Below are positions 27,934-39,416 of a stretch of DNA of 64,000 nt, piece by piece. Each line of letters opens with the position of its first letter. Position 1 is the stretch's first letter. The notes under the pieces were generated by a model, which saw only the letters and a list, made by a program, of their open reading frames with translations, was not told where the DNA came from and did no database searches. The stretch covers positions 33,170,001-33,234,000 of the forward strand of contig OX597840.1 in the NCBI GenBank assembly GCA_951406725.2, given 5' to 3'. Source of the DNA: Octopus vulgaris (Eukaryota). Made by a program: the position numbers and the translations under genes.

Positions 27934-28345
27934 TAGGCGCAGGAGTGGCTGTGTGGTAAGTAGCTTGCTAACCAACTACATGGTTCCGGGTTCAGTCCCA
28001 CTGCGTGGCATCTTGGGCAAGTGTCTTCTACTATAGCCCCGGGCCGACCAATACCTTGCGAGTGGATTTGGTAGATGGAAACTGAAAGAAGCCTGTCATA
28101 TATATGTATATATATATGTGTGTGTGTATGTGTTTGTGTGTCTGTGTTTGTCCCCCTAGCATTGCTTGAAAACCGATGCTGGTGTGTTTATGTCCCCCGT
28201 CACTTAGCGGTTCAGCAAAAGAGACTGATTGAATAAGTACTGGGCTTACAAAGAATAAGTCCCGGGGTCGATTTGCTCGACTACAGGCGGTACTCCAGCA
28301 TGGCCACAGTCACATGACTGAAATAAGTAAAAGAGTAAAAGAGTA
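27934..28345 (+). mobile_element. SINE family A, full length (5' half of another copy at 27514-27690)
   Basis: Head, internal microsatellite and GTAAAAGA tail present. Confidence 0.9.
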
Positions 28346-28479
28346 TATTCTGATCACTGAAACAAAAATAAGAGCTGATAGAGGCAAACGTAGTCTACCT
28401 GTTAAATTGCCACACAAGGTGAGGATTTATTTTACTTCGTTAACACAGTAATTATAGTAAAGTTCTCCTCCCAGTAGGC

Positions 28480-28703
28480 TCTTTACTCTTTTTTACTCTT
28501 TTACTTGTTTCAGTCATTTGACTGCGACCATGGTGGAGCACCGCCTTTAGTCGAGCAAGTCGACCCTGGGACTTATTCTTTTGTAAGCCCAGTACTTAAT
28601 CTATCGGTATCTTTTGCCGAACCGCTAAGTGACGGGGACGTAAACACACCAGCATCAGTTGTCAAGCGATGTTGGGGAGACAAGCACAGACACACAAACA
28701 TAT

Positions 28704-28736
<33 letters not shown>

Positions 28737-28908
28737 CATATATACGACGGGCTTCTTTCAGTTTCCGTCTACCAAATCCACTCACAAGGCTGTGGTCGGC
28801 CCGAGGCTATAGTAGAAGACACTTGCCCGAGGTGCCACGCAGTGGGACTGAACCCGGAATCATGTAGTTGGTAAACAAGCTACTTACCACACAGCCACTC
28901 CTGCGCCT
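28480..28908 (-). mobile_element. SINE family A, full length
   Basis: Inverted relative to the 27934 copy, ~135 bp away. Confidence 0.9.
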
Positions 28909-29264
28909 GATATTAGGTTATAGTAAGGCTCTCAGACTCCCTTTTCTTGATAACTGCTAGTGCTGTAAAAACAAAGTACATCAAATAAAGAGAGTCAGGT
29001 TATATGAAAAGTAGTTTTAGTAAGTTTAGTTATTTATTAAAGTGATCAATGCCTGATATTTTGAGATGCTCTTTTATTCTTTTACTTGTTTCAGTCATTT
29101 GACTCTGATTGCCCCCAGCACTTATTCTCAGTGTAAGTAATGAACATGGTGAATGATTTCATCAAGAAATCAAAGAGCTAGAAAGCTGCTACAGTGGCAG
29201 ACTTACACCAAACATGCTGACAGACTACTGTTGGTGTTTAAAACGAGAAACAGAAGACATGCAA

Positions 29265-29780
29265 CATCATCAGCATCATCATCATCGTTTAACATCCGTT
29301 TTCCATGCTAGCATGGGTTGGACGGTTCAACTGGGGTCTGGGAAGCCATGGAGGCTGCACCAGGCTCCAGTCTGATCTGGCAGTGTTTCTACAGCTGGAT
29401 GCCCTTCCTAACGCCAACCACTCCGTGAGTGTAGTGAGTGTTTTTTACATGCCACCGGCACAGGTGCCAGGGGAGGCTGGCAACGGCCACGATCGGATTG
29501 GTGTATTTTACGTGCCACCGGCACAGAAGCCAGTCAAGGCGGAGCTGGCATCGCCCACGTACGGGTGGTGCTTTTTACGTGCGGGTGGTGCTTTTTACGT
29601 ATCTCAACTACAATTTCCATTTAATTTTTATTTGATGTTGATGTACTTGACTCAATAGGTCTCCTCAAGCACAGCAGGTCGCCCTACGATCTAAGGTAAG
29701 CACAGCAGGCCGTCCTGTGATCCAAAGAACTTTGGGTGGGCTGGGGCTTCTATGTGAAGCTGGTGCAGGAAACAGCCATG
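29265..29780 (-). mobile_element. SINE-like family D with internal GGTGCTTTTTACGTGCCACCGGCAC repeats
   Basis: Homology to 19927-20324 and 25163-25420; (CAT)n at the left end. Confidence 0.8.
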
Positions 29781-29843
29781 AACTCGCAACATAAGCACAA
29801 AAGAAGACACCAAAGCTATTTTTGAAAAACATAGAATAAATAA

Positions 29844-30444
29844 GCAATAGTAAATCTTAGAGCGAGTTATAAACAGTAGCTGCAACACATCGTGACGTAT
29901 ATTTGCCATTTAAATATGGCTAACCCCTAAGGGTGGATGCTACTGTAGTTTGTAGCCCCAGGAGGACTCCTCCTCCAGCTGGCTTTAAACACACTTTCTG
30001 TGCCCTATCAATGTTTGCAAAGGGAAGCCATCCTTCCCGTCTCCAACTTATGATACACACGGACTCGAGTTTCTGGGTATTGACCCGTCATCGGCGTGTG
30101 ACAATCACACTTGTTGATGAAAAGTAGGTTCCCTTCCCAAATACTTATCCCTTTTCCAGTATCGTAAAGACACTGATATCGAAAAGGTGTAATCAAGCAA
30201 TAATAAATCTCAGAGCGAGTTATAAACAGTAGCTGCAACACATCGTGACGTATATTTGCCATTTAAATATGGCTAACCCCTAAGGGTGGATGCTACTGTA
30301 GTTTGTAGCCCCAGGAAGACACCTCCTCCAGCTGGCACAGAAAGTGTTAAAGCCACCTGGAGGAGGTGTCCTCCTGGGGCTACAAACTACAGTAGCATCC
30401 ACCCTTAGGGGTTAGCCATATTTAAATGGCAAATATACGTCACG
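29844..30444 (-). mobile_element. Non-coding retrozyme / non-autonomous PLE-like element (353-bp period, 5' inversion, 13-bp TSD)
   Basis: Direct repeat 29842-29982 / 30195-30335; inverted segment 30334-30446; TSD ATAGAATAAATAA at 29831 and 30445; internal HHR. Confidence 0.8.
30056..30100 (-). ncRNA. Intact minimal type-I hammerhead ribozyme
   Basis: Minus strand: CACACG CCGATGA CGGGTCAATACCCA GAAA CTCGAG TC CGTGTG; 6-bp stem I, 4-bp stem II, palindromic stem III, GUC site. Confidence 0.88.
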
Positions 30445-30798
30445 ATAGAATAAATAATATTCACTTTACACTCTTGTTTTGTTTTATTGGTTTTAGAGCT
30501 ACTTGTCCACCTAGTTGCTATGGTCCTTATACCAAATAACGGTAATTTACGCTTAACATAACATTCATTTTATTTGTCGTGAATTTTCACATTATTGTAA
30601 TTTTGAAGAAGTGCAAAAACCCGACATGCTAGAGCAAAAATGATTGCAGATTCGGAATCAGCGCTTCCAAATTACCTATGAGCGCCATTTCATCTAATAT
30701 TAGTAAAATGTTGTTGCCTAGTGTAATTCAAAGGCTACAGATCTAACCCATCACTGTAAAAACCTAAATAACTTTCCAGAAGTTTGGTTCTGGCTACG

Positions 30799-30839
30799 CT
30801 GCATTGATAAAGGGCAACAACCCTGAAACATGTCTGCAG
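30799..30839 (+). ncRNA. Minimal type-I hammerhead with U3/A8 core variant
   Basis: CTGCA TTGATAA AGGGCAACAACCCT GAAA CATG TC TGCAG. Confidence 0.75.
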
Positions 30840-31436
30840 ATGTCTGACTAGCAAGATGAAGCGGCTAACCTCCCCTGTTCGAAGGTTGTAATGGACGCAG
30901 GTTCGTGTGTCAGATAGCTAGCTAGAGGCGATGGCCTCTTGGAGCTAATCAGCGACAGCTTTAGTCTTATTTATAGACTGCCATATTAGTATGGCGATAA
31001 CTATTAATACCCAGCAACGCTTCAAATATATAAGAAGAGAAAGATCTGCCTTCCTTCTCTGCTAAGGGAAGGTGGCGCATCGATCTTCACCATACACATA
31101 GTAGACAGCTGAATTCGTTTTACACGCGACAACAGCTGCTCCACACAATCCCACAACTCTCTATCTATGTTGTGAGTTCAAATTCCGCCGAGGTCGACTT
31201 TGCCACTTACTTTTACGGGGATCGATAAAATAAGTACCAGTTGTGTACTGGGGTCATGTAATCGATTTGCTATGTAATCGAAACTGCTGCCCTTGTGCCA
31301 AAATTCGAAACCATTATTGTTGCTGTTGTTGTTCACATGGCGATTTGACAGAATACTTAGCGGTATTTCGTCCGTTATTACGTTCTGAGTTCAAATTCCG
31401 CCGAGGTCGAGTGTCAAGCATAATGCTTATTAATTA

Positions 31437-32037
31437 AAGGCGGCGAGGTGGCAGAATGGTTAGCACGCCGGGCGAAATGCTTAGCGATATTTTGTCTGCC
31501 GTTACGTTCTGAGTTCAAATTCCGCCGAGGTCGACTTTGCCTTTCATCCTTTCGGGATCGATAAATTAAGTACCAGTTACGCACTGGGATCGATGTAATC
31601 GACTTAATCCCTTTGTCTATCCTTGTTTGTCCCCTCCATGTTTCGCCCCTTGTGGGTAGTAAAGAAATAGGTACTTCGTCTGCCGTTACGTTCTGAGTTC
31701 AAATTCCGCCGCGGTCGACTTTGCCTTTCCTCCTTTCGGGGTCGATAAATTAAGAACCAGCTACACACTGGGGTCGATATAATCGACTTAATCCGTTTGT
31801 CTGTCCTTGTTTGTCCTCTCTGTTTTTAGCCCCTTGTGGGTTGTAAAGAAATAGGTACTTCGTCTGCCGTTACGTTCTGAGTTCAAATTCCACAGAGGTC
31901 GACTTTGCCTTTCATCCTTTCGGGGTCGATTAAATAAGTACCAGTTACGCACTGGGGTCGATATAATCGACTTAATACCTATGTCTGTCCTTGTTTTTTT
32001 CCTCTATGTTTAGCCCCTTGAGGGCAATAAAGAAATA
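31437..32037 (+). mobile_element. SINE family B concatemer: one tRNA-like head plus three ~184-bp units
   Basis: Head AAGGCGGCGAG(G/C)TGGCAGAA; B-box GTTCTGAGTTCAAATTCC at 31506, 31690 and 31874; 16-bp TSD ATAATGCTTATTAATT at 31420 and 32038. Confidence 0.9.
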
Positions 32038-32641
32038 ATAATGCTTATTAATTCAAATTGGTTTGAATTAATCATGCATTATCTTGCATTATCTTGCAAG
32101 AATTGATAATAATTATTTTGCAAGAATTAATCATTAATTAAATTAATCAGGCATTATCTTGTATTATCTTGCAAATCTATGTCCTTGAAATACCATGAGA
32201 AAGATTTCAATGGTGTCATGGTACATTTTTAGAACGACATTTTATGGTAGGTGTGAAGGACCGAATTTGCTAAGTTTCAACATAAAACGTATAGAAGATT
32301 CAGGTTTGATATTTGGCCGGTTTAAACGGCGAAGGGTTGAAAGTTGGGGTCAGGATGACCAGTAAAGCTGTCGGGTTCTGAACCAGTTGTAAAATAGGTG
32401 TTGAGCACAATGTTACGTCCCGTTCTGCTTCGTGAACTTCGTAGATCGATAAAAGCAAGCGTTAGGAGTGAAGGCAAGGGCGAAACCAAGCTTAGAAGGG
32501 ACGGGGGTGAAGTATGAGAGTTTGCGGGTGGGGTGGGGGAGAGGGTCAACGTGACCGAATGTGATTGTCGAACGCAATGCCCCAGTCTGGCCACGCAGAC
32601 AAATGATTCACAACGTAAAAATCAATAAAATGACAGTACAA

Positions 32642-32653
32642 TAAAATAATAAC

Positions 32654-32702
<49 letters not shown>

Positions 32703-32975
32703 GTAATAATAATAATAATAATAATAACAATAATAATAATAACAATAGTAATAATAATGATAATAACAATAGTAATAATAATAATAATAACGATAATAAT
32801 AACAACAATAGTAATAATAATAATAATAGTAATAATAATAATGATAATAATAATAATAATGATAATAATAATAATAATAATAATAATAGTAATAATGATA
32901 ATAATAATAATAATGATAATAATAATAATAATAATAATAGTAATAATGATAATAATAATAATAATAATAGTAATA

Positions 32976-33012
<37 letters not shown>

Positions 33013-33052
33013 TAAAATAATAATAATTGATAATAATAATAATAATAATAAT

Positions 33053-33129
<77 letters not shown>

Positions 33130-33136
33130 TAATAAT

Positions 33137-33206
<70 letters not shown>

Positions 33207-33234
33207 GATAATAATAATAACAATAATAATAATA

Positions 33235-33273
<39 letters not shown>
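32642..33273. repeat. (AAT)n microsatellite, ~630 bp, imperfect
   Basis: Direct inspection; source of the poly-I/L/N/Y ORFs. Confidence 0.98.
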
Positions 33274-33274
<1 letters not shown>

Positions 33275-33660
33275 GTCAGCAAAAACGCAAAAGTGTTATG
33301 AAAAGCAAAATGAAATAAATTTCGAACGAAGATGAAAAAAATTAATAATTTTGTTTGACTTTTTTTAATATATATATATATTTTTTTTTTTTTTTTCATG
33401 ATTTAATTTTTCTGCCGTCTGCAATTGAGCGTGAAGTTGTGTGCAGCGTAGCGCGTGCATGGAAGATGAGATAAAAAGTCAGTTTTTTTTTCAGAACAGC
33501 CCTATAAGTGTTGTTGTTGTTGTTGTTGTTGTTAATAGTTTTATTTAGATTTTGTTTTTATCTGTTTGCTGTTTTGTCAGGGGTGGTGGCGAGGATCGGG
33601 GGCGGCAGAATAGATACACTCAAACACACACACACACACACACACATACATATATATTAC

Positions 33661-34280
33661 TTTACTACCCACAAGGGGCTAAACACAGAGAGGACAAACA
33701 AGGACAGACAAACTGATTAAGCCGATTACATCGACCCCAGTGCATAACTGGTACTTATTTAATCGACCCCTAAAGTATGAAAGGCAAAGTCGACCTCGGC
33801 GGAATTTGAACTCAGAACGTAACGGCAGACGAAATACCTATTTCTTTGCTACCCACAAGGGGCTAAACACAAAGGGTTCAAAGAAGGACAGACAAAGGAG
33901 TTAAGTCGATTACATCGACCCCAGTGCGTAACTGGTACTTAATTTATCGACCCCGAAAGGATGAAAGGCAAAGTCGACCTCGGCGGAATTTGAACTCAGA
34001 ACGTAACGACAGACGAAATACCGCTAAGCATTTCGCCCGGCATGCTAATGTTTCTTATTCCTTTACTACCCACAAGGGGCTAAACACAGAAGGGACAAAC
34101 AAGGACAGACAAACGGATTACATCGACCCCAGAGCGTAACTGGTACTTAATTTAATCGACCCCGAAAGGATGAAAGGCAAAGTAGACCTCGGCGGAATTT
34201 GAACTCAGAACGTAGCGGCAGACGAAATACGGCTACGCATTTCACCCGGCGTGCTAACGATTCTGCCAGCTCGCCGCCCT
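33661..34280 (-). mobile_element. SINE family B: monomer plus adjacent dimer
   Basis: Reverse complement of the 31437 unit, three body copies. Confidence 0.88.
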
Positions 34281-34333
34281 AGGTATATAATGCGCATACA
34301 TATGTTCTCATATACATAATTCATATGTATCAG

Positions 34334-34396
<63 letters not shown>

Positions 34397-34400
<4 letters not shown>

Positions 34401-34718
34401 GCGCGTGGCTTAGTGGTTACGGCATTTGGCTCACGATCGTAAGATCATGAGTTCGATTCCCAGCAACACTTTGTGTCCTTGAGCAAGACACTTTATTTCC
34501 CGTTGCTCCGGTCCACTCAGCTGGCAAAAACGAGTAGGACCTGTATTTCAAAGGGGCCAGCTTTGTCACACTCTGTGTCATGCTGAAACTCCCCGAGAAC
34601 TACGTTATGGGTATACGTGACTGAGGAGTACTCAGCCACTTGCATGTTAACTTCATGAGCAGGCTGTTCCGTTGATCGTATCAGCTGGGACCCTCGTCGT
34701 TGTAACCGACGGAGTGCA

Positions 34719-34720
<2 letters not shown>
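34397..34720 (+). mobile_element. CORE-type tRNA-derived SINE
   Basis: GGCGCGTGGCTTAGTGGTTA (A box), GAGTTCGATTCCC (B box), GTGTCCTTGAGCAAGACACTTTATTT (CORE-like); tail fragment also at 61605-61715. Confidence 0.85.
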
Positions 34721-34770
<50 letters not shown>

Positions 34771-35072
34771 TATATACATACATATATGTACATAACTACA
34801 TATATATGTATATATATACATGCATATATGGGCACAGGACATCAAAAAACGTTGACAGGAAGAGAAGCGAGGAATACGGCATAAATATGCAAAAATGTAA
34901 TTTTTCCCCAAATAAATTTCCAATTCATATTCGAGGCTCAAATGTGAGACCACTGCATCCTGTAGCCGAAACGGCTGTAAAGCTAATGAAGTTCATAAGA
35001 TAATCGTTTGTTCCTTTGTCATTTCATTTTATCATTACCACTCTATATGCGACTAATATTTCCTTCTGGAGT

Positions 35073-35380
35073 GAAGGTACATGGCTCGGTGGTTAGAGCG
35101 TCGAGCTTACGATCACGAGGTTGTGAGTTCGAATCCCAGGCCAGGCTGCGGGTTGTGTTCTTGAGCGAGACACTTTATTTCACGTTGCTCCAGTTCTCTC
35201 AGCTGTAGAAATGAGTTTCGCTGTCAGAGGAGCCAAGCTGTATAGGCCTTTGCCTTTCCCTTGGATAACACTGGTGGCGTGGATAGGGGAGGCCGGTATG
35301 CATGGGCGACTGCTGGTCTTCCAAAAGCAAACTTGCCCGGACTTGTGCCTGGGAGGATAACTTTCTAGGTGCAATAGAAG
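35073..35380 (+). mobile_element. CORE-type tRNA-derived SINE with a different 3' tail
   Basis: TGGCTCGGTGGTTAGAGC, GAGTTCGAATCCC and a CORE-like block; tail matches 19745-19925. Confidence 0.85.
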
Positions 35381-35554
35381 AGACCCGAAGGGAGTGCCCT
35401 TTCGTTCTGGAGTTTATGTACACTGAGTTCTACACCAGATCATTAATCTTGTAAAGCCTAAGTGAAATACACACACCACACACAGACACACACATATATA
35501 TATATACATATATATATGTATATATATATATATATATATGCATATATATATATA

Positions 35555-35840
35555 TGGTAGACGGAAACTGAAAGAAGCCCATCGTATATATGTATATTTA
35601 TATGTATGTGTGTGTATATGTTTGTGTGTCTGTGTTTGTCCCCCCACCCGCGAACATCGCTTGACAACCGATGCTGGTGTGTTTACGTCCCCGTAACCTT
35701 GCGGTTCGGCATAATACACCGACAGAATAAGTACTAGGCTTACAAAGAATAAGTCCTGGGGTTCGATTTACTCGACTAAAAGGCGGTGCTCCAGCATGGC
35801 CGCAGTCGAATGACTGAAACAAGTAAAAGAGTAAAGAGAA
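35555..35840 (+). mobile_element. SINE family A, 3' part
   Basis: Homology; CpGs intact. Confidence 0.85.
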
Positions 35841-35864
35841 AAGAGAAGACACACACACATACAC

Positions 35865-35907
<43 letters not shown>

Positions 35908-36133
35908 TACATACACGCATGCACTCACACACATATATATAATGGATGAGAAGCTAAGCTGCCTGTCAACATTTCCGATCTGACAACAGCCATTGTGTTG
36001 CTGCATAGAACGTTTAAATAAACGCATCTAATACTTCGTTGTTCCATTTTTAAACTGCCTTCATGAAAGGAAAACGGGTCACACATCTATTTCACGCATG
36101 GCTGATGAACCAACCAGATAGCTTCTCTCTTGG

Positions 36134-36740
36134 AAGGCGGCGAGCTGGCAGAATCGTTAGCACGCCGGGCGAAATGCTTAGCGATATTTCGTCAACCGCT
36201 GCGTTCTGAGTTCAAATTCCGCCGAGGTCGGACTTTGCCTTTCATCCTTTCGGGGTCGATAAATTAAGCACCAGTTACGCACTGGGGTCGATGTAATCGA
36301 CTTAATACCTATGTCTGTCCTTGTTTGTCCCCTCTCTGTTTAGCCCCTTGTGGGTAGTAAAGAAATACGTATTTCGTCTGTCTTTACGTTCTGAGTTCAA
36401 ATTCCGTCGAGGTCGACTTTGCCTTTCATCCTTTCGGGGTCGATTAAATAAGTACCAGTTACGCACTGGGGTCGATATAATCGACTTAATTCCTTTGTCT
36501 GTCCTTGTTTGTCCTCTCTGTGTTTAGCCCCTTATGGGTAGTAAAGAAATAGGTATTTCGCCTGCCGCTACGTTCTGAGTTCAAATTCCGCCGAGGTCGA
36601 CTTTGCCTTTTATCCTTTCGGGGTCGATTAAATAAGTACCAGTTACGAACTGGGGTTGATGTAATCGACTTAATCCGTTTGTCTGTCCTTGTTTGTCCTC
36701 TCTGTGTTTAGTCCTTTGTGGGTAGTAAAGAGATAGGTAC
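36134..36740 (+). mobile_element. SINE family B concatemer (head plus three units)
   Basis: Same unit and same AGAAATA(G/C)GTATTTCG junction. Confidence 0.9.
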
Positions 36741-36796
36741 GTATTGCAAGAACACACACATACATACATACATACATACATACATACATACATACA

Positions 36797-36829
<33 letters not shown>

Positions 36830-36849
36830 GTATACATATATATATATAC

Positions 36850-36884
<35 letters not shown>

Positions 36885-36887
<3 letters not shown>

Positions 36888-37280
36888 GACGGGCTTCTTT
36901 CAGTTTCCGTCTACCAAATCCACTCACAAGGGTTTGGTCGCCCGAGGCTATAGTAGAAGACACTTGCCTAAGGTGCCACGCAGTGGGACTGAACCCGGAA
37001 CCATGTGGTTGGTATGCAAGCTACTTACCACACAGCCACTCCTACACCTATAATAATGATAATAATAATAATCCTTTCTACGATAGGCACAAGCCTGAAA
37101 CTTTGGAGGAAGGGGCCTAGTCGATTACATCGACCTCAGTACTCAGCTGGTACTCATTTTATTGACCCCGAAAGGATGAAAGGCAAAGTCGACCTTGGCA
37201 GAATTTGAACTCAGAACATAAAGACGGACTAAATGCCGCAAAGCATTTTGCCTGGCGTGCTAACGATTCTGCCAGCTCGC
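36885..37280 (-). mobile_element. SINE-A 5' half (36885-37050) and a SINE-B variant (37070-37280)
   Basis: Homology to both families. Confidence 0.8.
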
Positions 37281-37323
<43 letters not shown>

Positions 37324-37798
37324 GTCTTGGTATAAAAGATGGGCTACAGCAAATATTCTGCTCAATACCACAGATTTGCTTGTCAGTTGTTTGACCTTAA
37401 CCAGTTGAGCATGTCCCTTAGTGGCTGACGATATGTGCATCTCTGATCACGAGCAGAAGTAGTGGGGGAGCATCATAGCCATGTGTTGAGAAGGATTCTT
37501 TGGGGTTTGAATAATTCACCTCTGGAAACATGGGTGTTTCGTTCAACGTCCTTAAACAACCCTTATTCAGGGACCTTTTGAGCAGGATGGGTTACTCGAT
37601 CTGAAGAAAATTCTAACTGGGCTCCACCTGCAAGGTCATGTGCTGTTTATCTTGATATGAGATCACCATGTCGCGCACATATGGTTGTGATGCATGTGCC
37701 TGGTGTACCCTTATCAGACGGGTAGTCATGATGGGTATACTGGGCTTCGTATATTTTACCCCAGTGTCACTTTGATGGCATGCTCTGCTCACTCACTC
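37324..37798 (+). mobile_element. Probable non-coding retroelement inserted in (TAA)n
   Basis: ~475-bp complex sequence with (TAA)n on both sides; faint traces of RLE-endonuclease-like motifs, no ORF. Confidence 0.45.
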
Positions 37799-37841
<43 letters not shown>

Positions 37842-37847
37842 GTAGTA

Positions 37848-37913
<66 letters not shown>

Positions 37914-37916
37914 GTA

Positions 37917-37976
<60 letters not shown>

Positions 37977-37979
37977 GTA

Positions 37980-38810
37980 CGGAAAAGACTCGTCGAAAAC
38001 GGAGGAAAATTTGAAGAAAGAAGGAAAAAAAATAATAATAATAATCGAAGGTATCAATACCTCGGTGGTTTCACTCCTTAGATATAGAGCAGGGGTAATC
38101 GCATGGACAGTAGACGAACTAAACAGCTAAGACGAAAAGACAAGGAAGTTGCTAACTAGATATGGGATACTCCACCCCAAAAAGTGACACAGACAGACTG
38201 TATATACCAAGGAAAAGAGAAGGAAGAGGACTGATTGGATGCGAACACAGCATTAGAGCAAAAGAAAACAACATAGCATGGTATGTAAAAAATACCGCAG
38301 AACCGCTATTATTAGAAGTAGGAAGGTCAGGCTTGTGTATGATGAAAGATTGCAAAGATAAAGCACTGTACAAGGACTTGAAAATGAATGAAACTGAAAA
38401 TAGGTGGGTAAAGAAAAGAATGCATGGACAATTTCATAGGGATGTTGAAGATAAGACAGGCAGAGAAAAAATATGGTTGTAAATGACTAAAAGTGATTTA
38501 AAACCAGAAACGGGGGCTCTAATCTGTGCTGCCCAAGAGCAAGCACTAAGAACAAACTACGTAAAATACAGAGCAGACAACACATCAGAAAGTGATAAGT
38601 GCAGAATCTGTGGACAAACGGTGAAACCGTATGGCATATTAACAGCCAATGTACGCCACTAGCCCAGGAGGAATATAAGAGAAGGAATATAAGATATAGT
38701 TTTTTTTTCTCAATTAAGATTATGTCTGGCTTCCTATTCTCTATCTCATGGTCGCACTGAATCATAAAATCCCATAGGATCTTTGCATTTCTATTTTCGA
38801 CGATGCAGGA
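37980..38810 (+). mobile_element. R4/Dong-clade non-LTR retrotransposon fragment (dead); RLE part inverted at 38700-38810
   Basis: HPKSDTDRLYIPRKREGRGL, MHGQF, LKPETGALICAAQEQALRTN and CCHC knuckle CRICG..HI..C; minus strand KILWDFMIQCDHEIENRKPDIILIEKK; stops and frameshifts. Confidence 0.88.
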
Positions 38811-39271
38811 CAAATGTACGTTCCCACGGTTTTATGGAACGCATTCTTACCTGCAATCGATTTTTGTAATTTTTTCAAGACTTATACACGCCCTGATACC
38901 GTCGGTATCTATATATCAAATTTGAGCGCAATCGGAAGGAGGATGCCCGAGATCCTAGAAGACACAGAGACAGACATACAGAACGGATTATATATATATA
39001 ATACATAATATATATATATGATATATATATAAGTCATATGATTTTATATATATATATATATATATGGAGGCGCAATGGCCTAGTGGTTAGGGCAGCGGAC
39101 TTGCGGTCGGAGGATCGCGGTTTCGATTCCCAGACCGGGCGTTGTGTGTGTTTATTGAGCGAAAACACCTAAAAGCTCCACGAGGCTCCGGCAGGAGGTG
39201 GTGATCCCTGCTGTACTCAAAAGGCGGTGCTCCAGCATGGCCGCAGTCAAATGACTGAAACAAGTACAAAA

Positions 39272-39310
<39 letters not shown>

Positions 39311-39382
39311 TTTACAGATAAATTTCGTCTATTTACATAATATTAAAGTCTCTTTCTTTCTTTTGTTATCTTACCGTTTTTA

Positions 39383-39416
<34 letters not shown>

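Larger units (their letters stand above)
27307..30723 (+). mobile_element. Decayed Chapaev3-like DNA transposon with 3-bp TAA TSD, hosting nested SINEs and the retrozyme-like element
   Basis: Splits a LINE tail (AGC-TAA | ... GTTGTTGCCTAGTG | TAA-TTCAAAGG); transposase C-terminal remnant EHGE*FHQEIKELESCYSGRLTPNMLTDYCWCLKRE at 29142-29267. Confidence 0.7.

Noticed and set aside
32546-33275. Poly-Ile/Leu/Asn ORFs that look like membrane proteins
   Set aside because: (AAT)n microsatellite
34935-34985. GAAACGGCTGTA, resembling the CAGCTG hammerhead family
   Set aside because: No recognisable upstream CTGANGA core or stem I
34397-35150. tRNA-Val-like sequences at 34397 and 35073 (also a tRNA-like head at 39066)
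   Set aside because: These are SINE heads: the acceptor stem does not close and they run directly into CORE-like bodies
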